A stretch of DNA of 64,000 bases from Steroidobacteraceae bacterium (GTDB taxonomy: Bacteria; Pseudomonadota; Gammaproteobacteria; Steroidobacterales; Steroidobacteraceae). A model generated the notes under the pieces. That model was not told where the DNA came from. It saw nothing but the letters and a program-made list of their open reading frames with translations, and made no database searches. Position 1 is the stretch's first letter, and every line of letters begins with the position of its first letter. Shown one piece after another: positions 8,632 to 17,031 of the stretch. Location of the stretch: positions 245 through 64,244 of the forward strand of contig DATAUO010000093.1 in NCBI GenBank assembly GCA_036268215.1. Reading direction: 5' to 3'. Made by a program: the position numbers and the translations under genes.

Positions 8632-9438
8632 ATGACGATCCGTATCGCGAGCGTGGGTCAGGCGGTCTTTGCGGCGACGCTGGTCGCCATCGGCATCATC
8701 GGGCTGTTCAGGGGCGATTTCGCTCCGGTCTGGGAGCCGGTGCCGAAAGGCCTACATGCGCGGGAATTCCTGATTTATCTCACGGCCCTGATCTCGCTGG
8801 GAACGGGGCTCGGGTTGTTGTGGCGGCCCGCGGCGGCCTGCGCCGCTCGCGCACTGCTCCTGTGTCTCGTGATCTGGATGCTGGCGTTTCGGGTGCCGGT
8901 CATCCTGCGCGCACCTCTGGTGGCGGTCGTGTGGGAGCAGTGGGGCGAGACCGCGGTCATCGTCGCCGCCGCGTGGATCCTCTACGTGTGGCTCGCGTCG
9001 GACTGGGATCGCCGGCGCCTCGGCTTTGCGGCCGGAGCGTTGGGCTTGCGCATCGCGCGCGCGATCTTCGGTCTCGCGCTGCTCGCGTTCGGCGTGGCGC
9101 ACTTTGCTTACGTGCCCGAGACCGCCTCGCTGGTGCCGGGCTGGCTGCCCGCGCACGTGGTCTGGGTGTACTTCACCGGAGCGGCGTATATCGCGGCGGG
9201 TGCGGCGGTGCTCGCCGGCGTGCGCGCGCAACTGGCTGCCGCGCTCGCGGCGTGGCAGATGGGGCTGTTTACGCTGCTGGTCTGGTTGCCGGCGGTGGCC
9301 GCGGGATCCAGGGATCCTTCGCAGTGGAGCGAGACCGTGATCTCGGTGGCGCTGACGGCGGGGGCGTGGGTCATCGCGGATTCGTATGCGCCGAGACCCG
9401 CGGCGCCGGTCGCGGCGGATCTCAGTCCGGAAAATTGA
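8632..9438 (+). CDS. Integral membrane protein (DoxX-like, function unknown)
   Basis: 268 aa with about 8 hydrophobic helices and good GC3 coding character. A purine-rich RBS-like stretch (GAGGAG) lies about 11 nt upstream of the ATG. The family assignment is tentative. Confidence 0.7.
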   Translation: MTIRIASVGQAVFAATLVAIGIIGLFRGDFAPVWEPVPKGLHAREFLIYLTALISLGTGLGLLWRPAAACAARALLLCLVIWMLAFRVPVILRAPLVAVVWEQWGETAVIVAAAWILYVWLASDWDRRRLGFAAGALGLRIARAIFGLALLAFGVAHFAYVPETASLVPGWLPAHVVWVYFTGAAYIAAGAAVLAGVRAQLAAALAAWQMGLFTLLVWLPAVAAGSRDPSQWSETVISVALTAGAWVIADSYAPRPAAPVAADLSPEN

Positions 9439-11497
9439 GCTGCCGCACGATCGCCTGGAAACGCGGCTCGTTGCGGATCGGATCCAGGAACGTGTGCACC
9501 TTCACATAGACGAGATAGGGATCGCGCTCGCGCAGCGCCTTCTCGAGGGAATCGATCGCGCGGGCATTGTCGCCCCACTGTGCGAAGGTCATCGCCAGGA
9601 GCGCGTCCACCCCGCCGGCGTCGGCCTCGACCTGGCGCTCCATGGCCTCGGCATCCGCGCGCCGGCCGAGCTTGAAGTAGGTCATGGACAAGCAATGCTT
9701 TCGATTGAAGTCAGCCTCATTCTTGACGCTTTCGCAGATATCGCGGGCGGCCGCGTAGTCGCCCTTCTGGTAGTAACTGTAACCGAGCCACGGCAGGATC
9801 GACTCATCGCTCGGATCGAGGGTCTGGAGCTCCTTGAAGACGCGTGCCGCCTCGTCGGTGCGAGCGATCATGGCCAGACCCTGCAACAGCGCCGTCTGAT
9901 TGAAGGTATTCAGGGGATCCAGCACCACGGAACGGCGCAGCGCCGAGAGGCCTGCCTCGGTATGTCCCATCTCGACCTCGAAAGCCCCGTAATGCCGCAG
10001 CACCTTGGCGTTGCCGGGGGCGAGCGACCGGGAGCGCTCGTATTCCTGGCTCGCCGCCTTGAAGTCGAGCCTCTGCTCGAGGACGACCGCGAGGGCCAGA
10101 TGTCCGTCCGCCAGGTCAGGCGCGGCGGCGATCGCCTTGCGCGCGTCCGTTTCGGCGTCACGGGTGTAGGCGGCGGTGTTGGCCCCCCGGGTAAAGTTCC
10201 GCGCGAGATCCAGCCGGGCGACCGACCGATCGGCATAGGCGGCCGCGTAATCCGGGTCCAGCCGGATGGCCTCCGTGTAGGCGGATATTGCCGCCCGTAG
10301 TCCGTTCTCGTCGAGGCCTCCACGATAGGCCTTCGACGCGAGCAGGTAGGCGTCGAATGCCGCGGGGTTGCGCGTCGAGCCGATCTGCACCTTCTCGGCC
10401 GCGCCGCCGAGCAGCGCGATCTTGAGGGCGCTTGCAACCGCGTTCGCGATCTCCGTCTGCAGCTGCAGCACGTCCTTCATGTTGCGGTCATAGGTCTCGG
10501 ACCAGAGCTGAAATCCCGTCACCGTATTGGTGAGCTGCGCTGTGATGCGCAGGGTCTGACCCGAGCGCCGCACGCTGCCCTCGAGAATCGAGGCGACGTT
10601 GAGCTTGTGCGCGATGGTCGCCAGATCGACGTGCTCGCCCTTGAAATAGAACGACGAGGTGCGCGCGGCCACCTGCAGCTCGTTGATCCGCGACAGCGAG
10701 TTGAGCAGCTCCTCGGAAAGGCCGTCGGAGAAGTACTCCTGGTCCTTGTCGCCGCTCATGTTGACGAACGGAATCACCGCGATGGCGTGGGCGGGGGGAG
10801 CAAACGCGGGCGTCGCCGTGGGGACGGGCGCTGCGGCGTCCGTTGGCGCCGGCTTCGGGGAGCCGAGCTTGGTTGCCGCGAGGTAGGCCAGCACGCCCAG
10901 CAGCGCCACGCCCGCCAGGATCGGCCAGAGGTATCTCGAGCGCGCGGACGGTGCGCGATGGGCGGCGCTGGTCGCGGCGGCGGGGGAGGGCGCGGCGGCG
11001 GGGGAGGGCGCGGCGGCACCGAGGTTATCGCTGAGAGCTCCTCGCGCGCGTGCCGGCGAGCCATCGGGTGAGATGAGGCCCTTGATGCGCTCGACGAACG
11101 CCGGTGGAGTCGCGCCGGCCGGAAGCGAGGTCCACTGAACCGCGCGAAAGGCGTCGGGGACCATGGCGTCCCGCTCGCCGGTGTCGTCGAGCACCACCGG
11201 CACGAGGAACGCCTTCTGCTCCGCCATGTCGTGCGTTCGCTCGATGGCGAGCTTCCATTCGCGCCGGAAGTATCCTTCCAGGCGCGCCTGGGTGTTGCGC
11301 GAAATGATCGGGATGAACAGGGCACAGTCGCGGATCTCGCGCCGGATCTTCTGGTCCCACGAGTCGCCGCCGCGCAGCTCGCTGCGGTCGAACCAGACCT
11401 CGATCCCGGAGGAACGCAAGGCCTCGCAGATGGTTTGCGCGGGCAGCGCGTCCTGCGATGCGTAGCTCAAGAATACCGCGCGCAACGGCTCGGTCAC
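9422..11497 (-). CDS. TIR domain / single TM / TolB-N-terminal-like / TPR repeat protein
   Basis: N-terminal TIR: 'AVFLSYASQDALPAQTICEALRSSGIEVWFDRSELRGGDSWDQKIRREIRDCALFIPIISRNTQARLEGYFRREWKLAIE'. This is followed by a Pro/Ala linker and a TM helix 'YLWPILAGVALLGVLAYLAA'. Next comes 'IAVIPFVNMSGDKDQEYFSDGLSEELLNSLSRINELQVAARTSS...LRITAQL', a TolB_N-like sensor module, and then about 300 aa of TPR-like repeats. Confidence 0.9.
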   Translation of the reverse strand: MTEPLRAVFLSYASQDALPAQTICEALRSSGIEVWFDRSELRGGDSWDQKIRREIRDCALFIPIISRNTQARLEGYFRREWKLAIERTHDMAEQKAFLVPVVLDDTGERDAMVPDAFRAVQWTSLPAGATPPAFVERIKGLISPDGSPARARGALSDNLGAAAPSPAAAPSPAAATSAAHRAPSARSRYLWPILAGVALLGVLAYLAATKLGSPKPAPTDAAAPVPTATPAFAPPAHAIAVIPFVNMSGDKDQEYFSDGLSEELLNSLSRINELQVAARTSSFYFKGEHVDLATIAHKLNVASILEGSVRRSGQTLRITAQLTNTVTGFQLWSETYDRNMKDVLQLQTEIANAVASALKIALLGGAAEKVQIGSTRNPAAFDAYLLASKAYRGGLDENGLRAAISAYTEAIRLDPDYAAAYADRSVARLDLARNFTRGANTAAYTRDAETDARKAIAAAPDLADGHLALAVVLEQRLDFKAASQEYERSRSLAPGNAKVLRHYGAFEVEMGHTEAGLSALRRSVVLDPLNTFNQTALLQGLAMIARTDEAARVFKELQTLDPSDESILPWLGYSYYQKGDYAAARDICESVKNEADFNRKHCLSMTYFKLGRRADAEAMERQVEADAGGVDALLAMTFAQWGDNARAIDSLEKALRERDPYLVYVKVHTFLDPIRNEPRFQAIVRQLNFPD
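10974..11017. repeat. 18-bp tandem duplication inside the TIR-protein linker
   Basis: GCGGCGGCGGGGGAGGGC occurs twice, plus a partial third copy. It encodes AAAPSP-AAAPSP-AAA on the minus strand. Confidence 0.85.
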
Positions 11498-11626
11498 GAG
11501 GACAACCCCTGGCGATGACAGCGGAAGGTCTTGGGCCGCCTCCCTGTGCGGCAGCTTACCTCAAGTGGCGGCATTGGCCGAGGATGGCCTCATGCACGGG
11601 CTGGCGTGGCGCCTCGGTCTTTGCGA

Positions 11627-12685
11627 TCACGGCGTCAGCACGATCTTGCCGGCGTGCGCCTTGGACAGAAAGTCCTTTTGCGCGGCCACGATCTCGCGCA
11701 GGGGATAGGTGGCGCTGACCAAGGGCTTGATCTCGCCGCGCTCGATGTAGGCGATCAGGTTGCCGAACACCTCGGGGTCCAAGATGGTGCAGCCGAGCAA
11801 GCGCAGGTCCTTCAAGTACAAGGTGCGCAGGTCGAGCTCGACGGTAGGCCCGGCGATGGCGCCGGCCACGGCGTAGCGGCCGCCGCGCTTCAGCACCTCG
11901 AGCAGCCGGGGAAAGGACGGCCCGCCCACCACGTCGATGACGGCATCGACCGACTCCGGCCCGAGCTCGGCGACCACGTCGGCGTCGCGGCCGAGGACCT
12001 TGCGCGCGCCGAGCGATGCGACCGCGACGGCCTTCGCCGCGCTCGCGACGGCGACGACCTGTGCGCCGCGCCTCCGCGCGAGCTGCACGGCCGCCGAGCC
12101 GACTCCGCCGGAGGCGCCGGTGACCAACACGGTCTCGCCGGCGGCGACGCGCGCCCGCGTCAGCATGTTCTCTGCGGCGCCGTAGGAGCAGGGAAACGAG
12201 GCAAGCTCGGCATCGCTCAGCGTGCTCTCGATCCTGCGCGCGTTGGCGGCCGGCACGGTGGTCAGCTCGGCGAACCCTCCATCCCGATCCGAGCCGAAGT
12301 AGCGGGTCTCATCGAGCGCGCCGGCGCCGGAGCGCAGGATCGGGTCCACGAGGACGCGCTCGCCGATCCGCGCGGGGTCGACGCCCGCACCCGCCGCGAC
12401 GATGCGGCCGCAGGCGTCGGCACCCTGAATGCGCGGGAATCCCACGGCATCGCCTGCCCATCCGCCATCGTCGGCGGCCGCGGCGGCGCCGACCGACGGC
12501 GAGTCGGTGGCATCGCTGACGGCTTTCGAGTACCAGCCGATGCGCATGTTGATGTCGGTGTTGTTGACGCCGGCGGCGCCGATCCGGATCAGCACTTCGC
12601 CCGGGGCCGGCGTCGGTGCGGGGACATCCTCGCGGTATTCGAGCCGATCGAAACCGCCGTGCCCGCGCAGCAGGACTGCCTTCAT
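11627..12685 (-). CDS. Zinc-type alcohol dehydrogenase / quinone oxidoreductase (MDR superfamily)
   Basis: 'GEVLIRIGAAGVNNTDINMRIGWY' is GroES-like. 'ETVLVTGASGGVGSAAVQLARRRGAQVVAV' is the Rossmann GxGxxG motif. Confidence 0.9.
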   Translation of the reverse strand: MKAVLLRGHGGFDRLEYREDVPAPTPAPGEVLIRIGAAGVNNTDINMRIGWYSKAVSDATDSPSVGAAAAADDGGWAGDAVGFPRIQGADACGRIVAAGAGVDPARIGERVLVDPILRSGAGALDETRYFGSDRDGGFAELTTVPAANARRIESTLSDAELASFPCSYGAAENMLTRARVAAGETVLVTGASGGVGSAAVQLARRRGAQVVAVASAAKAVAVASLGARKVLGRDADVVAELGPESVDAVIDVVGGPSFPRLLEVLKRGGRYAVAGAIAGPTVELDLRTLYLKDLRLLGCTILDPEVFGNLIAYIERGEIKPLVSATYPLREIVAAQKDFLSKAHAGKIVLTP

Positions 12686-13673
12686 GAGCCGGGCCGGGGG
12701 GAGCTGCGCATTCGAGCATCATACCGTGCGCCCGGGTGAATTCTGCGATCATCCCGCGGTGCCGACACTGTCCTACCGTGACCCGCCGGCGAATTGCGCC
12801 GCACTCCGCTCCGCCCTCTATGCCGGCGACATCGTGCGCTTCGCGGCGCTGCCGTCGATGGCGGCGCTCGCGGCGCTCAGCCGCGCGTTCGTCGAGGAGC
12901 GCCTCGCGCCGCATGACCCGGTGGAGATTCATCGCCACCTGCGTCCGGACGCGTTGGCGCGGAGGCTGAGCGAGGCTCAGCGGGAATACTCGGGGTCATC
13001 CGAGGTGAAGCGGTCGTGGCGCGCGCTGTTAGAGAGGGTCGGGCTCGATCCCGAGGACACGGCGCGCGACCGGCTGGTGCTGCGCTTTCAGGTGCACAGC
13101 GATCTCGGCGCGGCGGCGCCCCATGCGCGCAGCACGGCGACCGTGGGCTTTCATCGCGACAGCTGGGGGACGAACCTGCCGGCTCAGGTGAATTGGTGGG
13201 CGCCGGTGTGGCCGATCACCGCCGAGCGCACCTTTGCGATCTACCCGGCGCTCTGGGACGAGGCGGTGCCGAACGACAGCGAGCGCTTCGATCTCGCGGA
13301 CGTGATGGAGCGGGTGCGCAGCGCACCGGAAACGCTGGGTGCCGGCGCCTTGGCGCCGCGGCCTTCGATCGCGGTGGACCCGAGCGGCGGCGTGCCCGTG
13401 GTGATCGAGCCGGGCGAGATCATCGCGTTCTCGAGCGCGCACGCTCACGCAGGCATCCCGAATCACAGCGGGCTCACCCGCATCTCGCTCGAGACGCGCA
13501 CCGTCTCCATCGAGGACGTCCGCGCGGGGCGGGGGGCGCCGAACGTCGATGGCCGGGCTCGCTGGGCGGCGCCGGGACTTTTTCGGCGGCTCAGCGACGG
13601 GGCAGCGCTGAACCTGCTGCTGGGCGTCGATCGCCTGATAATGCGGGGCGCTGGTGAGGCGGGGCGCTGGTGA
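12684..13673 (+). CDS. Hypothetical protein, possible non-haem Fe(II) oxygenase-like fold (start uncertain)
   Basis: This is the in-frame part of ORF 12429-13673 beyond the divergent ADH gene. It has an H-x-D ('FHRDSWG') plus a distal His ('SSAHAHAG'), reminiscent of a 2-His-1-carboxylate triad. ATG 12684 overlaps the ADH start, and GTG 12759 is an alternative start. Confidence 0.55.
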   Translation: MSRAGGSCAFEHHTVRPGEFCDHPAVPTLSYRDPPANCAALRSALYAGDIVRFAALPSMAALAALSRAFVEERLAPHDPVEIHRHLRPDALARRLSEAQREYSGSSEVKRSWRALLERVGLDPEDTARDRLVLRFQVHSDLGAAAPHARSTATVGFHRDSWGTNLPAQVNWWAPVWPITAERTFAIYPALWDEAVPNDSERFDLADVMERVRSAPETLGAGALAPRPSIAVDPSGGVPVVIEPGEIIAFSSAHAHAGIPNHSGLTRISLETRTVSIEDVRAGRGAPNVDGRARWAAPGLFRRLSDGAALNLLLGVDRLIMRGAGEAGRW

Positions 13674-13710
13674 GGCGGGGCGCTGGTGATGGCGGGGCGA
13701 TGCGGGGCGC
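13645..13710. repeat. 16-bp tandem repeat (GGGGCGCTGGTGAGGC, about 3 copies plus degenerate copies)
   Basis: Copies lie at 13645-13660, 13661-13676 and 13677-13692 (the last with 2 changes), followed by degenerate GGGGCG units. The stop codon of the preceding CDS (13671-13673) lies inside copy 2. Confidence 0.85.
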
Positions 13711-13898
13711 AGGTTGAGCGGGTCGCGGACGCGGGCCTCCAAAATGGGCAAGCGCCGCCCATAAATTAGGTAACCCCTCGGATTCGGGCGCGCCCACGCA
13801 CGCCTACCGTGTCCTCGAGGCGCTAGACGCCCGCGCGGCCGTCGCGCCATCGATCCCTACTGGTCATCGATCACCGGAATACGCCGGCAGGAGCCCGC

Positions 13899-14447
13899 AT
13901 GAAAACTCGAAATACCCTCTCCGTCGTCACGCGCACCCTCGCCTTGTCGGCGCTCTTGGTCGCCGGATCGCAGCCGGCGGGCGCGTCGGAATCGGAGACC
14001 CTGATCCAGAAGGTGCGCGGCGCGACGCAGCGCTACCTCAACATCAATACCGCCTTCGCGGAAGGATGGGTGACCGCCACGCCGTGCGTCAGCGGACCCG
14101 ATACGGGCGCGATGGGGGTGCACCTGGTGCTTCAGTCCCGCATCGCCTCGGGCGAGACCAAAAGCACGGAGCCCCAGGCGTTGATCTACGAGCCGAAGTT
14201 CGACGGCTCGATGCGGCTCGTGGGCGTGGAGTTCATCGTGCTCGCGAGCATCTGGTCGGCGAACAATCCGGCGGGCTCGGTCCCGGCCGTCGACGGCAAC
14301 CTCATGAACTTCGTACCGGCCCCGAACCGCTACGGTCTGCCTGCGTTCTACGAGCTGCACGTCTGGGCCTGGGAGCGGAACCCGAAGGGCAGCTTCGCCG
14401 ACTGGAACACGCAGGTCAGCTGCGAGCAGGAGCAGCCGGCGGCCTAG
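13899..14447 (+). CDS. Secreted hypothetical protein
   Basis: The signal peptide is 'TLALSALLVAGSQPAGA'. An RBS-like 'GGAG' lies 5 nt upstream of the ATG. It has two Cys residues and a C-terminal 'YELHVWAWERNPKGSFADW' motif. No known family was recognised. Confidence 0.7.
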   Translation: MKTRNTLSVVTRTLALSALLVAGSQPAGASESETLIQKVRGATQRYLNINTAFAEGWVTATPCVSGPDTGAMGVHLVLQSRIASGETKSTEPQALIYEPKFDGSMRLVGVEFIVLASIWSANNPAGSVPAVDGNLMNFVPAPNRYGLPAFYELHVWAWERNPKGSFADWNTQVSCEQEQPAA

Positions 14448-14488
14448 CCGGCGTGGGGGCGGCTGCCGGCGCGCGGGTGGCAACGCCG

Positions 14489-15166
14489 TCACCGCGCCCG
14501 TGTCTTACGGCGACCTCGTCCAACTTGCCGCTGCGGGGCGCCGGTGGCGGCGGCATGCATGAGGAGCTCGCCGGACAGCCGCGCGACCCGCGCGAGGGAT
14601 CTTCCCGAGCGCGGCGCCGTGGCATAGATCGGATTCGTGCCCTCGGAGATGGTGCCGAGCAGCTGGGCGATGTCGTGGGCCCGCTGCCGGGACAGCTCGG
14701 GCCAGGCGACTCGCAGCCGGGCCGCGGCCAATCGATGCAGCTCATCGTAAAAGCGGTCCATGGCCCGGGCGATCGCCGGGTCGTGAAGCGCCATGACCCA
14801 GAGCTCGCGGAACACGCTGCTGCTATCGCGCGAGACCGAGTCGCCCATGTACCAGCGCAGGAGCTCGGCGAATCCGGTCTTGCCGCCGGCATTGTGCAGG
14901 TACGCCTGAGCATTGATCTTGTAGTGCTCGAGCAACGCCAGGATCACCGCGTGGACCAGGCTGCGCTTGGTGGGAAAATAATAGACGACATTGCCCACCG
15001 CCACGCGCGCCTCGCGCGCGACCGCACGCATGGACAGGCGCGCGTATCCCGCGCTCGCCAGCACGTGCCGGGCCGCGCGGAGTATCTCGGAGCGCGTGTC
15101 GCCTGATTCGGCAGTGCGGCGTCGCCGCGTCGGGGTCGGGGCGCTCCGTCCGCTGCGTTCCTTCAT
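14489..15166 (-). CDS. TetR/AcrR family transcriptional regulator
   Basis: The HTH is 'ILRAARHVLASAGYARLSMRAVAREARVAVGNVVYYFPTKRSLV'. The gene is divergent from the amidase / TonB-dependent receptor 2 pair. Confidence 0.9.
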   Translation of the reverse strand: MKERSGRSAPTPTRRRRTAESGDTRSEILRAARHVLASAGYARLSMRAVAREARVAVGNVVYYFPTKRSLVHAVILALLEHYKINAQAYLHNAGGKTGFAELLRWYMGDSVSRDSSSVFRELWVMALHDPAIARAMDRFYDELHRLAAARLRVAWPELSRQRAHDIAQLLGTISEGTNPIYATAPRSGRSLARVARLSGELLMHAAATGAPQRQVGRGRRKTRAR

Positions 15167-15359
15167 CGTCTGGGTCCCGGCATCGGCGGCACTCTACCGC
15201 GAGCCGAATGGCAATGCCACGCACCGACTTCGTGCGCCGCGACCGGCGACGGCGCCGCGCGCGGGAGGCCGCCGGGGAAGGGCTCAAAAAACTGCTGGTA
15301 GAGGGGTCAAAAATCTCTTGGCAAACGGCGGCTGCGGCGGTGTAGGATCGGCCCAGGTG

Positions 15360-15377
15360 TTAGTACTAGTGTACTAA
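15360..15377. promoter_or_regulatory. Inverted repeat TTAGTAC-N4-GTACTAA, candidate TetR operator
   Basis: Perfect 7-bp arms in the AT-richest part of the TetR/amidase divergent intergenic region. Confidence 0.5.
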
Positions 15378-15474
15378 TCGGGTGATGCAGGGAAGCAACG
15401 GAAGAATCTCGCAGGGGTTGCGGCCTCGAGCGGGAGATGTCGGTTCGTCCATGGGGTGTAATCGGAAGGATGAC

Positions 15475-17004
15475 ATGTCGGATCGAAGCGCTTTGACCCG
15501 CCGGGGGTTCGTGACCGGCGCGTCCGCGTTCATGGCCGGTGCGTGCGCTTGGGCGGGATCCCCGGCTGCCGCTGCCGCCGGCTCCGACGTCCCGGCGACG
15601 GACCTGTCCGCGGCGGACGCGGTGGACCGCATGCGCCGCGGCGAGCTCAGCTCGGAGGCCTATGCGAAGGCGCTGCTCGACCGCTGTGCCTCCTTGAAAG
15701 CGCTGAACGCCTTCATCACCCTGGAGCCCGACCGCGTGCTGAGCGATGCCCGCGCGGCCGATCGCTTGCGCGCGAAGGGGGCGAAGCTCGGCCCGCTGCA
15801 CGGGCTGCCGATTCCGGTCAAGGACAGCCTCAACACCCGCGACTACCCGACCACGGTGGGGACGCCGGCGCTGCGCAAGTTCCGGCCCGCCGAGGATGCG
15901 CCGCTGGTCGCGCAGCTGAAGAGCGCGGGCGCCCTCGTGCTCGGCAAGACCAACCTGCACGAGCTGGCGTACGGCTGGACCAGCAACAACCATGCCTTCG
16001 GCGCCGTCCACAATCCTTACGATCCGAGCCGGATTCCCGGGGGAAGCAGCGGCGGCACCGCGGCCGCGGTAGCGGCGCACATGGCCCCGCTCGGCGTCGC
16101 GGCCGATACCGAGGGCTCGATCCGCGTCCCGGCGGCGCTCTGCGGACTGGTGGGGTTTCGGCCGACGACCGGGCGCTATTCGCAGGAGGGCCTCGCTCCG
16201 ATCACGCCGGTGTTCGATGAGGCGGGCCCGCACGCGCGCCGCATGGGCGACATCGAATTGTTCGACTCGGTGGTGACGGGCGAGCATGGCCCGCTCGCCG
16301 TGCCGAAGCTCGAGACGATCCGGCTCGCGGTCTATCGCGGCTACTATTACCAGGGGCTGGATCCCGAGGTGGCGCGGGTCACCGACGCCGCGCTGGCCAG
16401 GCTCAAGAGCGCGGGCGTGACGATCGTCGAGACCGAGATCCCGGAGCTGGCCGACCTCATCGCCCGCATCACGGGTCCCGTCCAGTACCACGACACCGAG
16501 CCGACGCTGCGGGCGTACCTTGCCAAGTACCGAGCCGGGGTCACCTTCGAGCAACTCGTGGCCTCGGCCAGCGACGACATCCGCGCCACCTTCGCCCAAT
16601 ACGTGCTGCCGGGCGGGCGCGACGTGGTGAGCGATGCCGCTTACAGGACAGCGGTCGATCAGGATCTGCCCCATCTGCGCGCCGTGCTGCGCGAGACCTT
16701 TGCGCGCACCCGGACGAGCGCGCTCGTGCTCCCGACCACCATGACGACGGCGCCCAGGATCGGCGATGAGGGCCTGCTGTCCTTCGGCGGCCGCAAGGTC
16801 GCCTTCGACGTCGCGATGTCGCGCAACATCGACCCGGGCAGCACGGCCGGGCTGCCGGGACTGGTCATGCCGGTCGGGCTCGCCGCGAACGGCCTGCCCG
16901 TGTCGCTCGAATTCGATGGCCCCGCGGGATCCGACCGAGCGCTGCTCGGGCTCGGCACCGCGCTCGAGCGTGTGCTGGGGACAGAGCCCCCGCCGCGCAT
17001 CTGA
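15475..17004 (+). CDS. Amidase-signature family amidase with Tat signal (periplasmic)
   Basis: The start is at ATG 15475 with GGAAGGA upstream. The twin-arginine leader is 'SALTRRGFVTGASAFMAGACAWA'. The amidase signature is 'GGSSGGTAAAVAAHMAPLGVAADTEGSIRVPAALCGLVGFRPT'. Confidence 0.9.
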   Translation: MSDRSALTRRGFVTGASAFMAGACAWAGSPAAAAAGSDVPATDLSAADAVDRMRRGELSSEAYAKALLDRCASLKALNAFITLEPDRVLSDARAADRLRAKGAKLGPLHGLPIPVKDSLNTRDYPTTVGTPALRKFRPAEDAPLVAQLKSAGALVLGKTNLHELAYGWTSNNHAFGAVHNPYDPSRIPGGSSGGTAAAVAAHMAPLGVAADTEGSIRVPAALCGLVGFRPTTGRYSQEGLAPITPVFDEAGPHARRMGDIELFDSVVTGEHGPLAVPKLETIRLAVYRGYYYQGLDPEVARVTDAALARLKSAGVTIVETEIPELADLIARITGPVQYHDTEPTLRAYLAKYRAGVTFEQLVASASDDIRATFAQYVLPGGRDVVSDAAYRTAVDQDLPHLRAVLRETFARTRTSALVLPTTMTTAPRIGDEGLLSFGGRKVAFDVAMSRNIDPGSTAGLPGLVMPVGLAANGLPVSLEFDGPAGSDRALLGLGTALERVLGTEPPPRI

Positions 17005-17031
17005 CACTCAATTCATCAGGAGACTCGATCC

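Noticed and set aside
9422-11497. The TIR protein considered as part of a known antiphage island (Thoeris, CBASS or Pycsar-like).
   Set aside because: No ThsA/SIR2/Macro, cyclase, effector, nuclease or helicase partners are adjacent. The neighbours are ordinary metabolic and membrane genes. The membrane-sensor architecture also differs from the known systems.
12683-12686. Divergent genes whose start codons overlap (CATG shared by the ADH and the oxygenase-like gene).
   Set aside because: This is most likely a start-codon assignment artefact. The oxygenase-like gene probably starts at a downstream GTG such as 12759, which would restore a normal divergent promoter region.
13645-13710. A tandem repeat considered as a possible CRISPR array.
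   Set aside because: The units are contiguous, with no spacers. They are only 16 bp long and about 3 copies, with no cas genes. This is a simple tandem repeat.
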